Notes under the pieces: generated by a model | The model's input: only the letters and a program-made list of their open reading frames with translations | What the model was told of the DNA's origin: nothing | Database searches by the model: none | In this document: positions 9,478-18,091 of the stretch, one piece after another | Numbering within the stretch: the stretch's first letter is position 1 | How the letters are laid out: every line of letters starts with the position of its first letter | Translations under genes and position numbers: made by a program | Virus record (IMG/VR): IMGVR_UViG_2791355164_000002 | Origin: an uncultured virus (IMG/VR IMGVR_UViG_2791355164_000002) | Lineage: Duplodnaviria; Heunggongvirae; Uroviricota; Caudoviricetes | Strand: one strand, 5' to 3' | Length of the DNA: 64,000 nt

Positions 9478-9850
9478 TATTGATCAGGCGGTCATCGATC
9501 AGGTTGAAAAAATTGTGATCGATTATCTTGCTGTTAAACAGGAAGGGACGGTTGAGGAAATTTATAAAACCTGCCGGAACAATATTCCGTTTTATCTCCT
9601 GAAAGATGTCGTGTTTCAGATGTTCAAACATTACAAGCTCAGGCGGGTCATTGTGAAAGGTTTGGGGGCTAAATACCGGATTACCGCTTATTACCCCGCT
9701 TTTGGTTATGCTTATAAGCCGAAACGAAAACCCCGACCTAAAACGGAACCCAAAGAGATTAAGGCACTTTCCACCAGCGATTCATGTAAATATAAATCTC
9801 AGGTTTATACTTTCGATCAACTTCTTCGGAACGTAAGGAACAGCGAATGA
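9464..9850 (+). CDS. Hypothetical protein, possibly winged helix
   Basis: Overlaps both neighbours within the nin operon. Confidence 0.65.
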   Translation: MENDDIDQAVIDQVEKIVIDYLAVKQEGTVEEIYKTCRNNIPFYLLKDVVFQMFKHYKLRRVIVKGLGAKYRITAYYPAFGYAYKPKRKPRPKTEPKEIKALSTSDSCKYKSQVYTFDQLLRNVRNSE

Positions 9851-10047
9851 AAAGATCATGGTTTCAGCATTACCCGATGAGCGATAATGAAGCGAGCAAT
9901 CTGATAGCCTATTATCAAAAGCGAGGCGTTCAGACCCAGAAGAGTTTGACCGCTGACCCGCGTTTTTTTGTTGTCAGTGCTTTTTTACCGATGTCGAACT
10001 ATATTCCCCCGTCGCAAAGGTCGTTCATTAATCGCCTTTGGCAATAA
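9847..10047 (+). CDS. Small hypothetical phage protein
   Basis: ATGA overlap with the upstream gene; followed by terminator hairpin 10066-10088. Confidence 0.7.
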   Translation: MKRSWFQHYPMSDNEASNLIAYYQKRGVQTQKSLTADPRFFVVSAFLPMSNYIPPSQRSFINRLWQ

Positions 10048-10128
10048 CAAATTAGAATCCATCTTCAGCCAGCGTTTGCTGGCTTTTTTATCCCTCAACG
10101 TCATGTTTAAGCCTTTAAAAAAGGAATC

Positions 10129-10734
10129 ATGATGACCACACATCCAAAACAAAAAAGATGCCCCATCTGCGATCTGATGTTCACCCCGTGGATGACAACG
10201 CAGCATGTTTGTTCTAACTATCAATGTGCCATAGCCTGGAATCGAAAGCAGGATGAGCGCTACCGCATTCGCGCCGAACGCCGCCGTCAGCGTGCCGGAT
10301 TACCCTTCAAACAAAAAGAACGGCGAGAATTCTTAAAAGAAGCCCAGGAAGCTTTCAATAAATATATTCGGGTGCGTGATGCCGGTCGTCCCTGTCATGC
10401 CTGCGGATGCGTTCTGAATGATAACAACCCGGATCGACCAGGCGCTTTTGTCGATGCCAGTCATTTTCGTTCCCGCGCCCGCGCCAGTCAGCTGCGTTTC
10501 AATGTGTTCAACTGCGTGACCTCTTGCGTGCATTGTAACCGCGACCTATCCGGTAACATTCCGAATCTGCGTCGCGGGCTGATTGATCGGTTTGGTCTGT
10601 CAATCGTGATCCGCCTGGAATGTGATAACACCTTCAAACCCTACACCATCAGCTATCTTGTTCGCCTCAAAGAGATCTTCTCCCGACGAACCGAACACCT
10701 TATTCGCCTGCGCGCAGGTAAGGAGGCGCTATGA
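10129..10734 (+). CDS. ninG: NinG/Rap-family endonuclease
   Basis: CPIC...CSNYQC, AQEAFNKYIRVRD, PCHACG, DASHFRSR, LRFN...CVHCN. Confidence 0.88.
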   Translation: MMTTHPKQKRCPICDLMFTPWMTTQHVCSNYQCAIAWNRKQDERYRIRAERRRQRAGLPFKQKERREFLKEAQEAFNKYIRVRDAGRPCHACGCVLNDNNPDRPGAFVDASHFRSRARASQLRFNVFNCVTSCVHCNRDLSGNIPNLRRGLIDRFGLSIVIRLECDNTFKPYTISYLVRLKEIFSRRTEHLIRLRAGKEAL

Positions 10735-11366
10735 ATCTGGAAAAAACCGTTCGCTTTCATTTCCCGAAATCCTCCCGTGTCAGTGATGAACCGCGAGGAA
10801 CCAGCGCCGACACCCTTCAGATGTCCGAGGTGATGGCGGCGATCGGCATGGCGGAGGCTAATGCCGGGTTTGGCATGTCGGCGTTCTTTGGCAAGATGGG
10901 GTTAAGCCAGAACGACAAAAATAGAGCGGTTACGGCGTTGATGAAGCTCACACGGGCGCGAATCGGGAAGCTGAAGCTGGTGGCCGAACTCACTGGCCGT
11001 CAGCGCGCCCGGATGATTTATCTGATGGCTCTGTTTGCTTATGAAGATTATTGCCGTACTGCGGCGACGCCAGAAAACCGCTGTCCGAGTTGCAAAGGGC
11101 GTGGCATCGTGAGAGACGTGCCGAAGATTGCGGAAACCCACCAGCGTGTCATGAAGACCTGTAGTCGGTGTAAAGGATTCGGTTTCAGGCGAGTGAAGGG
11201 CGAACACCTGCGGAGTGCGATAAAGCAAATTATGCCGGAACTCTCACAGGCGTCGTTTTATCGCTACCTGTTTCCAGTCTTTAAGGAGTTAATTCAGGTT
11301 TGTTTTGAGGAGGAGACACGCGCGAATAACGCTTTAAAGAAAGTTTCTCACCAAAATATGTATTAA
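10731..11366 (+). CDS. Q: Late antiterminator Q (lambda Q family)
   Basis: Aligns end to end with lambda Q, including FHFPKS, YEDYCRTAAT and the CPSC..CSRC Zn finger. Confidence 0.93.
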   Translation: MNLEKTVRFHFPKSSRVSDEPRGTSADTLQMSEVMAAIGMAEANAGFGMSAFFGKMGLSQNDKNRAVTALMKLTRARIGKLKLVAELTGRQRARMIYLMALFAYEDYCRTAATPENRCPSCKGRGIVRDVPKIAETHQRVMKTCSRCKGFGFRRVKGEHLRSAIKQIMPELSQASFYRYLFPVFKELIQVCFEEETRANNALKKVSHQNMY

Positions 11367-11392
11367 AGCGTGCGAAAACTACCTGGGTTATC

Positions 11393-11421
11393 TTGAAAGC
11401 CTGAAAAAAACTGCATAAGCT
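11393..11421 (+). promoter_or_regulatory. Putative late promoter pR-prime
   Basis: TTGAAA-N17-TAAGCT just downstream of Q. Confidence 0.55.
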
Positions 11422-11428
11422 AAACGCA

Positions 11429-11585
11429 GAGAGTCGGAAACCGTCCGGTGAACCTGTGAAACACCGCTCCTCTGCAAGCTGGTTTACGACTCTCGCCTTC
11501 ACTCTCCTCACACGTTTACCCACCCCGGAAGAGTTGTTTTGCGATCGTTTTTCTCCTTATGGCAAGGTGTGTGAGCGAGGGTGAA
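11429..11585 (+). ncRNA. Structured late leader (two long adjacent stems)
   Basis: GAGAGTCG-G-AAACC...GGTTT-A-CGACTCTC (11429-11494), then TTCACTCTCCTCACAC...GTGTGAGCGAGGGTGAA (11498-11585). Confidence 0.45.
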
Positions 11586-11912
11586 CTCTTTTGGTTTGGT
11601 AGTGGCCAAAAAAATGGCCTTCTTCATGAAGGCCAAACTGAAACAACAGTGGATAACATCTTTAGATTATGACCGTTTTAAACCAGCAAACAATAAAACG
11701 GCATCGACAAGATTATTTCACCCCTAAAATGAATGCGTATTAATCTGAGCGATTTCCAAAAATTCGCATTCATTGAAACGTCGTCGTGATTTGTGCTGAT
11801 TATTTTTCATCCGATTGAAATTGCAAAAATGCATATGTGGCGACACGAGCAGCGGGCTAGAATTGCGCTTAACCCGACCTGTCAATAATAATCCAAATGT
11901 GAGAAGCCACTT

Positions 11913-12317
11913 ATGGACCATTTAGAAATTACGCACAATCAGGAATTTGCGTTTGCTGCCGTGGCGGCGATGTCCCTCGTTTCCTTTGCAACCGGGCCTC
12001 AGACCGAAAACGAGCTAGAAGAAATTTATATTCAGCTTCATGATTCCCGGCGATTAATTCAGGAGATTGAATTTTCTCTTGAGGCGCTTGACGAGGTGAA
12101 AGAACGCCTTCAGCTTAATTATCCTGATGCACAGGAAGCGATTTTATCCGATCTGGGTCGGATGGAACTCGATCATGAAGAGGCCGTTGAAATCGTCAAT
12201 ATGGCGCTTGATGTTGTGAAAAGTAATAAAGACGTTGAGCCTGAAAAAATGGACGTGATTTCTGGTTTGTGTAAAGTCTTGAATTTATATTCTGAACAAT
12301 TTAATTTTATCACCTGA
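11913..12317 (+). CDS. Divergent TerB-fold protein 1
   Basis: FAFAAVAAMSLVSFATG...EEAVEIVNMALDVVKSNKDVEPEKMDVISGLCKVLNL aligns by eye with the TerB at 13051. Confidence 0.55.
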   Translation: MDHLEITHNQEFAFAAVAAMSLVSFATGPQTENELEEIYIQLHDSRRLIQEIEFSLEALDEVKERLQLNYPDAQEAILSDLGRMELDHEEAVEIVNMALDVVKSNKDVEPEKMDVISGLCKVLNLYSEQFNFIT

Positions 12318-12361
12318 TACCGCTATTCCATACCTCAACCAGTAGCATTTGCTAACGTTTC

Positions 12362-12390
12362 GCCCTGTCGCAAGTCAGGGCTTTTTTTTT
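12362..12390 (+). terminator. Intrinsic terminator
   Basis: GCCCTG...CAGGGC followed by a T run. Confidence 0.75.
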
Positions 12391-12433
12391 GAGCGTTCTG
12401 GCTGGCTGAGTGACACAATTTTGATTACACTTC

Positions 12434-12871
12434 GTGTCTTTCACACGGAGAATGAACAGTGATATGCGATACCCGGTCGATGTTATACCTTCCAGCTGCG
12501 GTTTTATCATTTTTTGTCGTGACATTCCTGAAGCTCAGGGACATGGGGAGACATCAGAGTGCGCCTTGCAAAACTGTCGGGAAACGCTGATCGCTGTCCT
12601 GGATGACCGATTCACGGCGCGCGAGGCGATACCGCTTCCGGGTGAGGTCGATGGCCATTTCATTGACGTGCCGCTCAGCATTGCCGCGAAGGTGCTGTTG
12701 CTGAATGAGGTGGTTGAACAAGGGGTGTCAAACTCCGAACTCGCGAAACGCATCGGTTTACCCCGACAGGAAATCACCCGCATTTTAAATTTGAACCACA
12801 CCACGAAAATTGACACAATTCAAAAAGCAATGTCAGCGCTCGGAAAAACGTTGATGTTACGTGTGTGTTGA
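12434..12871 (+). CDS. hicB: HicB antitoxin with no adjacent hicA (real start probably 12452 or 12464)
   Basis: MRYPV..DIPEA..HFIDVPLSIAAKVLLLN..ELAKRIG.PRQEITRILNLNHTTKIDTIQ closely follows E. coli HicB. Confidence 0.92.
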   Translation: MSFTRRMNSDMRYPVDVIPSSCGFIIFCRDIPEAQGHGETSECALQNCRETLIAVLDDRFTAREAIPLPGEVDGHFIDVPLSIAAKVLLLNEVVEQGVSNSELAKRIGLPRQEITRILNLNHTTKIDTIQKAMSALGKTLMLRVC

Positions 12872-12900
12872 TTCCTTACTTCTGGTATATCCATTCATAC

Positions 12901-12931
12901 AGCCTGAACATTCGTGTTCAGGCTTTTTTTT
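12901..12931 (+). terminator. Intrinsic terminator after hicB
   Basis: AGCCTGAACA-TTCG-TGTTCAGGCT followed by a T run. Confidence 0.85.
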
Positions 12932-13050
12932 GTCGCTTTTCCCAAGCGATGTTTACTGAGAGATCCTTTAAAGGGTGAGTCGGGTGGGTTCATTCGGCTC
13001 TCTCACTGGATGTTCTCCTGGGAAACGGCTCACCCTCTAAAGGATAAAAT

Positions 13051-13485
13051 ATGTTCGGTTTCTTAAAGAAACGCGCTCGCCGCGTGACCAATGACATCAC
13101 CAAATTTGAAAAACGTGATCTGGCGCAAGCTGTCGTGAATGCAGCCTGGCTGGTGGCGTTCGCGGATGGGAATTGTGATCCGATTGAGCGCGCCAAAATC
13201 GACCAGGTGCTGAAGACGAATCCGGTTCTCTATAATTTCACGAGCGAGCTGGCCGAAATCTCGACCAAAATCGTCAATTTGCTGGAGACCGATTTCAAGA
13301 TCGGACGGCGCGCGGCGATGCGCGAAATCGAGGATGTGAAGGGCGATCAGCGTGAAGCGGAAGATGTGCTTGATGTCGCAGTGGCCATCGCTGAGGCAGA
13401 CGGCGAAATTGAGAAATCAGAAATGAAGGTGCTCGAACAGATCGCCCTGGTCCTCGGGTTACGGCTGGAGAATCACCTTGAATAA
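13051..13485 (+). CDS. TerB-family protein 2 (canonical copy)
   Basis: Two ADG motifs: LVAFADGNCD and IAEADGEIEKSE. Confidence 0.9.
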   Translation: MFGFLKKRARRVTNDITKFEKRDLAQAVVNAAWLVAFADGNCDPIERAKIDQVLKTNPVLYNFTSELAEISTKIVNLLETDFKIGRRAAMREIEDVKGDQREAEDVLDVAVAIAEADGEIEKSEMKVLEQIALVLGLRLENHLE

Positions 13486-13630
13486 TAAATACCCGCAAAA
13501 TATTTATTTTACGGGGCTTCTGGTTTTCTTTCTGATCTTTCACTTTCTGGGAACCCTTGCCGCCAGCTTCTCGGATGGGGTGTTGCTGGGTGTCGTCTAT
13601 CTGCTGCTGAAGGCTAACCGGGACCGCTGA
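13478..13630 (+). CDS. 50-aa hydrophobic membrane protein coupled to terB (not in ORF track)
   Basis: Read by hand from TTG: MNNKYPQNIYFTGLLVFFLIFHFLGTLAASFSDGVLLGVVYLLLKANRDR. Confidence 0.6.
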   Translation: MNNKYPQNIYFTGLLVFFLIFHFLGTLAASFSDGVLLGVVYLLLKANRDR

Positions 13631-13637
13631 GGGAGGC

Positions 13638-14042
13638 ATGATGAGAGTTTCTGATCTGACCCTGATGGAATTCATTGCCAGAATTAACGTCATGAATCTG
13701 GCGCTGTTTGCGAACGGCGAGGTGAATGAGGATCTGAAGCCTGCGATCACTGAGTTGATTGAAGCGCTTGACCTGTCTGAAGAAGGGCGGTTTCTCTGTC
13801 GTAAACTCATGTCGCGCCAGCAGGCAGAATTAGAACGGGATTTTCATACGGCGCTCGATCAGCTGTTCTTTTCGCTGGAACCGGTAGCGGACTGGCCAAA
13901 TATGGCGCATCGGGTTCAGGTCATTTATATGGTGCTGGTGGAAGAGAAAGGCGAGCTGACCGAATCCGAGATCACCCTTGCTCAGGAACTGGCGGAAACC
14001 CTCGCGCTCGACGTCGATTATTACTTAGATCGCACAGACTAA
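13638..14042 (+). CDS. Divergent TerB-fold protein 3
   Basis: LALFANGEV...LERDF...EEKGELTESEITLAQELAETLALDVDYYL; GGAGG RBS. Confidence 0.6.
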   Translation: MMRVSDLTLMEFIARINVMNLALFANGEVNEDLKPAITELIEALDLSEEGRFLCRKLMSRQQAELERDFHTALDQLFFSLEPVADWPNMAHRVQVIYMVLVEEKGELTESEITLAQELAETLALDVDYYLDRTD

Positions 14043-14118
14043 GAGGCTTTTTCGATTCAGGTCGTTATCTTCAAAGGTAAATCGCTAAGTTTTTAACCGA
14101 TTACCTAAAGGAGGTAAG

Positions 14119-14511
14119 ATGATCGAACCCACAGAAACCCTGAACCCGGATGATAAAGAACTTATCTTTGCCATCATCCTCATCGATGTGATTTATCTCA
14201 TCGCCTTCGCTGAACGCTATCCCACGGAACGACAGGTGAAGCTCATTGAGCATATTCGCGAATATGAACCTACGTTGCAAAACAGCAAATTCGTCAATGC
14301 AATTATTGCGGATTCGCTCGAAGACAAACTGTCGACGGATTACACCCGGACCGCGAATCGTATTCTCATGAATATGAGTCGTATCGTCAGCGATCAGGCG
14401 ATGTGCGAAAAGATTTATGCCTATGCCCAGGAGGTCGCATTAATGGGTGATGGCATTACGCCGAATGTTCAGAATTTGCTTGATCGCATTGGCGACGCGC
14501 TGTTTTTATAG
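14119..14511 (+). CDS. Divergent TerB-fold protein 4
   Basis: YLIAFAE...LSTDY...EVALMGDGITPNVQNLLDRIGDALFL; AAGGAGG RBS. Confidence 0.55.
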   Translation: MIEPTETLNPDDKELIFAIILIDVIYLIAFAERYPTERQVKLIEHIREYEPTLQNSKFVNAIIADSLEDKLSTDYTRTANRILMNMSRIVSDQAMCEKIYAYAQEVALMGDGITPNVQNLLDRIGDALFL

Positions 14512-14519
14512 GTGATCAC

Positions 14520-14705
14520 ATGAACGGTTCTGAAATGAAAAAGCTCGCGCAGGCTCGCAACGAGCTTTTGCAGGCTAAAGCCTGTCTTGAGGACGGTCAG
14601 ACTGAGAAGAGTAAACTGAGCGTGATTGCGGCGCTCTGTTTTATCGATTTGATTTATACCCTTGAGGCAAGAGGATCAGCCGAACTTGTCCGGCAAGGGC
14701 AATAA
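14520..14705 (+). CDS. Small hypothetical protein
   Basis: 61 aa with AGGTG RBS; last gene of the TerB cluster. Confidence 0.55.
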   Translation: MNGSEMKKLAQARNELLQAKACLEDGQTEKSKLSVIAALCFIDLIYTLEARGSAELVRQGQ

Positions 14706-14987
14706 CATTATATCGCGCTTGACTCGCGTGGGATAACTCGTCTCAAAGGCCACAAGGCTCAGTTCATAATTCACCTGAAGCTTTATCCAGAAATCGAGTT
14801 CTTCACTGAAGAACTGCGATAATTTAGTGCAAAGCGTGAGAGACATGGGCATTTTCATGTCGATCACGTCTTTCATTTCATCCTCATCAAAATTTATTCG
14901 AAGCGCCAGCTCGAAAAACGCCAGCTTTAATTCACGCAGACGACATTTGAGAACCAAACCCGGATGGGGATGAATATTCTCACTCAT
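14676..14987 (-). CDS. HigA-like antitoxin (degenerate HTH), no adjacent toxin
   Basis: PHPGLVL...LA...KLSQFF....DFWIKLQVNYEL HigA signature. Confidence 0.8.
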   Translation of the reverse strand: MSENIHPHPGLVLKCRLRELKLAFFELALRINFDEDEMKDVIDMKMPMSLTLCTKLSQFFSEELDFWIKLQVNYELSLVAFETSYPTRVKRDIMLLPLPDKFG

Positions 14988-15051
14988 GAAAAGTAACTCC
15001 CTCTTTTTTGTTGGGGAGAGTTACTTTAAATGAAACAAAAATGTTAATGGC

Positions 15052-15363
15052 TCAATCTGAGCGATCCAGCGGAAGTGAATCGGGCAGAGGATAAATCGGC
15101 ACGTTCTCCGCGTCTTCCTTGCGTTTTGCACGGGAAATATCGTGGCGAGCCTGCATTTCCAGCAAGGCTTCAGGCGTGGTGCTGATGGCTTTGGCGATCT
15201 TGATAGCTACCGCTGCCGTCAGCGCGGTTTTACGTTTGATCAGCCTGTCGACCAGCACGGGTGATTCACCGATGTCATGCGCCAGCCTTCCTTGCGTCAC
15301 ATTCAGCAGTTTTAAAAGGCGCTTTATTTCATCGCCTGGATGGGGTGTCAATATCTGCGTCAT
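15052..15363 (-). CDS. HigA-like antitoxin, no adjacent toxin
   Basis: PHPGDEI...TQGRLAHDIG...LTAAVAIKIAKAISTTPEALLEMQARHDI. Confidence 0.85.
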   Translation of the reverse strand: MTQILTPHPGDEIKRLLKLLNVTQGRLAHDIGESPVLVDRLIKRKTALTAAVAIKIAKAISTTPEALLEMQARHDISRAKRKEDAENVPIYPLPDSLPLDRSD

Positions 15364-15517
15364 TTCAAATCCTTAAGTGATTATAACGGAGTGAGAAGGG
15401 TAATTTCTTTGTGTGTTAAGTCGTGTCAAAGTGTGCGAACTAATCCGCAGGTTCTTGCCGCCATTTTTTTACTTTGGTATCCCTTAAAGGCAACAACATA
15501 AATCAAGAGCAACGGAC

Positions 15518-16027
15518 ATGACCGACACCTTAAAGTATGACCTGACGATCCAGCATCTGGAAAACGGCTATACCCAGCTTAAGACCCCGCTTCACTGGTC
15601 TCTCTATGATGAGAACGGCGAAATCATCAATGCCGGGGTAAACGGTCATTCTGAGTTTCCGATCCCCTTGCCGGTTCGTATCAAAATCGAAGGCCGTCCG
15701 CGTCAAACCGTGGGCAAAGCAGGCATTAAATCGATTCTTCGCGCAGGTGAGCGCGATCAGGACAATGCGGAGTTCGTTGAAATTGAAACGCAGACCGAAA
15801 ACGGCGGCTTCAATGACCAGCATGAAATCCTGTTCTGGAAGCTGAAAGATGTGATGCGTAATTTCGCCCCGAATGATGGTCGTTATTCTTTGAGCCTGAA
15901 ATACTGGCCGAACGAGGAAGGTGAAGCAGGGGAAACCCCTGAAAAGGAATCTGAGCTGGTCGAACCGAATGATGTTCAGATCGCCTCGCTCATTGCCTTA
16001 CTGAATATCATGTCTCGCAACGATTAA
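15518..16027 (+). CDS. Hypothetical acidic protein
   Basis: 169-aa ORF leading the glycosyltransferase-HNH gene run. Confidence 0.7.
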   Translation: MTDTLKYDLTIQHLENGYTQLKTPLHWSLYDENGEIINAGVNGHSEFPIPLPVRIKIEGRPRQTVGKAGIKSILRAGERDQDNAEFVEIETQTENGGFNDQHEILFWKLKDVMRNFAPNDGRYSLSLKYWPNEEGEAGETPEKESELVEPNDVQIASLIALLNIMSRND

Positions 16028-16037
16028 CGGATCGATT

Positions 16038-17495
16038 ATGGATGTCGTCATTAATGGTGTTCACTTCAGCCCAAACGCGCGGGAAGTGTCAAAAATCGGT
16101 GTGGCCATTACCACCTATAATCGACCCGATACGCTCGCCAAAGCGCTCGAACATCATCTGAAATATCTTCCTGGCGGCGCGAAACTGGTTGTGGTGGATG
16201 ACGGGTCAACGATTCCCGCGATTGTGCCTGAAGGGATCGAACTTATCCGGTTCGACGCTTCTCGTGGCATCGTTCAGGCGAAAAACGCCAGCCTTCGCGC
16301 CTTGCTCGATGCAGGCTGTGAAGAGCTGTTTCTGTTTGATGATGACGCCTGGCCGATTGTTGAGGACTGGCATCAACCTTATATCGATTCCCCTGAACCG
16401 CATCTGTCTTATCAGTTTCTGGATCTGGCCGTTAACATCAAATTGCGGGATCTCTCGGTTCTCTATCAGGATGATAAGCATATTGCTTACACCGGTCAGC
16501 GTGGGGTGATGCTCTATTATCACCGCAGCGCGATTAATGCGGCGGGTGGGTTCGATCCGATTTATCAGCGAGGCATGTATGAACATGCTGATCTCGCGCT
16601 GCGCATTTATCATCGCGGGCTGACCAGCTGGGCGTTTGCGGACGTGGTAGGGTCAAACCGGCTGATTTATTCCCTCGACGAACACATGAACATCAAACGC
16701 TCTGTGAATCGTGTCGAACGCGAACAACAGGTGAAACGGAATGTGGGGATCTACAATCACCGCCGCGAAACCGAATATTCGGGATTCGTGAATATTTACG
16801 ATCGCCATAACGTTGTCATCACCAATTTTCTGACCGGTTATCCCGATCCGCAGCGCAATCGCCATTTTGACGTGGATCCGGCCTTACTGGAAAAGTGGTC
16901 GACGTCAATTCGAGGCGCGCGCGCGGTTGTACTCGCGGACCAGCTGCGCGACGCACCGAAAGAGGCGATGCTGTTTCCGGTTTATGAATCGAGCATGAAT
17001 GTCTACTTCCTGCGCTGGTTTAACGTCTGGCAATATCTGCGCGATCACCCTGAAATCGAGAAGGTCTGGGTCACTGATGGAACGGATGTCGAAATGCTTC
17101 GGGAACCGTGGGATCAGATGGAACCCGGAAAAATTTATGTCGGTTCTGAGCCGAAAACCTATGCTGACTCCTGGGTGGCGAAACATCATCCAGAACCGGT
17201 TTATCAGCAATTTCTGGCGGCACATGTTCATGATGTGATGCTTAATGCCGGTTTGCTGGGTGGATCGCGTGAAGATGTCATGATGTTCGCGCACAGCATT
17301 TTGCGGATTTATTCAAACGTCGAATCCTCAAATTTCTGGGACAAGCGCAAAAAGCCGTATGCGGTCGGCGATATGGTCGCTTTTGGGATCGTCGGGTATC
17401 GCCATTTTCATCGTCTGGTTTTCGGGCCTCGGGTTCATACCGTGTTTAAAACGAATGGAATAGGAAAGGATTTCGCATTTTGGATGCACAAATAA
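16038..17495 (+). CDS. Glycosyltransferase: GT2 domain plus a second GT-A-like domain
   Basis: VAITTYNRP, VVDDGS, LFDDD, GGFD...EHADL; C-terminal VWVTDGTDV and LNAGLLGG. Confidence 0.88.
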   Translation: MDVVINGVHFSPNAREVSKIGVAITTYNRPDTLAKALEHHLKYLPGGAKLVVVDDGSTIPAIVPEGIELIRFDASRGIVQAKNASLRALLDAGCEELFLFDDDAWPIVEDWHQPYIDSPEPHLSYQFLDLAVNIKLRDLSVLYQDDKHIAYTGQRGVMLYYHRSAINAAGGFDPIYQRGMYEHADLALRIYHRGLTSWAFADVVGSNRLIYSLDEHMNIKRSVNRVEREQQVKRNVGIYNHRRETEYSGFVNIYDRHNVVITNFLTGYPDPQRNRHFDVDPALLEKWSTSIRGARAVVLADQLRDAPKEAMLFPVYESSMNVYFLRWFNVWQYLRDHPEIEKVWVTDGTDVEMLREPWDQMEPGKIYVGSEPKTYADSWVAKHHPEPVYQQFLAAHVHDVMLNAGLLGGSREDVMMFAHSILRIYSNVESSNFWDKRKKPYAVGDMVAFGIVGYRHFHRLVFGPRVHTVFKTNGIGKDFAFWMHK

Positions 17496-18091
17496 AGTTT
17501 GCGGTCGTTGGGCATCATTCACGGAAATATGTCGCTGAAAAACTCGCCGTGAAGCTTGATGCCATGCTGTTTATGGATGAAGAGAATCACGGCAGTAACT
17601 GGAACCATCGGCGCGTGCTGGAATGGTCGGCTGAACAAAACGAGCGTGTCATTGTTCTTGAAGATGATGCGTTACCTGTCGCTGGGTTCGAATATCAGGT
17701 TTATCACTGGATAGATCGTTTTCCTGACAATATCGTGAGTTTTTATCTCGGAACTGGCAGACCGCCGCATAAGCAGCTTGAAATGGCGATGCGGCTCATC
17801 GATTCCGATAAACAACGACTGGATTACATCATGTTTTCCCATTTGTTTCATGGTGTCTGTTATTCGGTTCCGACCCATTATTTGCCGCGTATTCTCGAAA
17901 ACTGGGATGAGCGAAAGGGAGCAGATTCCGCGATCACGGATAAGTATAAAGGCCGGGTGATTTATCCCGTTTATTCGCTGGTGGACCATGCCGATTTATC
18001 GGCGGTTGAGGTGCATCCTGATGGCCATCCTCGCCGTGAGCGTCGAAAAGCCTGGCGGTTGTTCACTGGGGGTGAACGTTGGCCCGATTAA
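17480..18091 (+). CDS. Putative GT-A glycosyltransferase (GT25-like)
   Basis: WNHRRVL, VIVLEDDA, HGVCY, SLVDH motifs. Confidence 0.65.
   Translation: MDAQIKFAVVGHHSRKYVAEKLAVKLDAMLFMDEENHGSNWNHRRVLEWSAEQNERVIVLEDDALPVAGFEYQVYHWIDRFPDNIVSFYLGTGRPPHKQLEMAMRLIDSDKQRLDYIMFSHLFHGVCYSVPTHYLPRILENWDERKGADSAITDKYKGRVIYPVYSLVDHADLSAVEVHPDGHPRRERRKAWRLFTGGERWPD

Noticed and set aside
11367..11912. tRNA genes after Q
   Set aside because: No cloverleaf or GTTCGA T-loop found by eye.
13478..13630. 50-aa membrane ORF as the missing holin
   Set aside because: No endolysin nearby and no holin family recognised; kept only as a TerB-associated membrane protein.
13295..13810. 171-aa antisense ORF and similar shadow ORFs (e.g. 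40401-41222, 39498-40124)
   Set aside because: They lie opposite well-supported genes and show no motifs.
28..15511. ATAAATCAAGAGCA present at both 28 and 15498 as a possible att pair
   Set aside because: A 14-bp AT-rich match is expected by chance in 64 kb; no integrase, and it does not bound the element.
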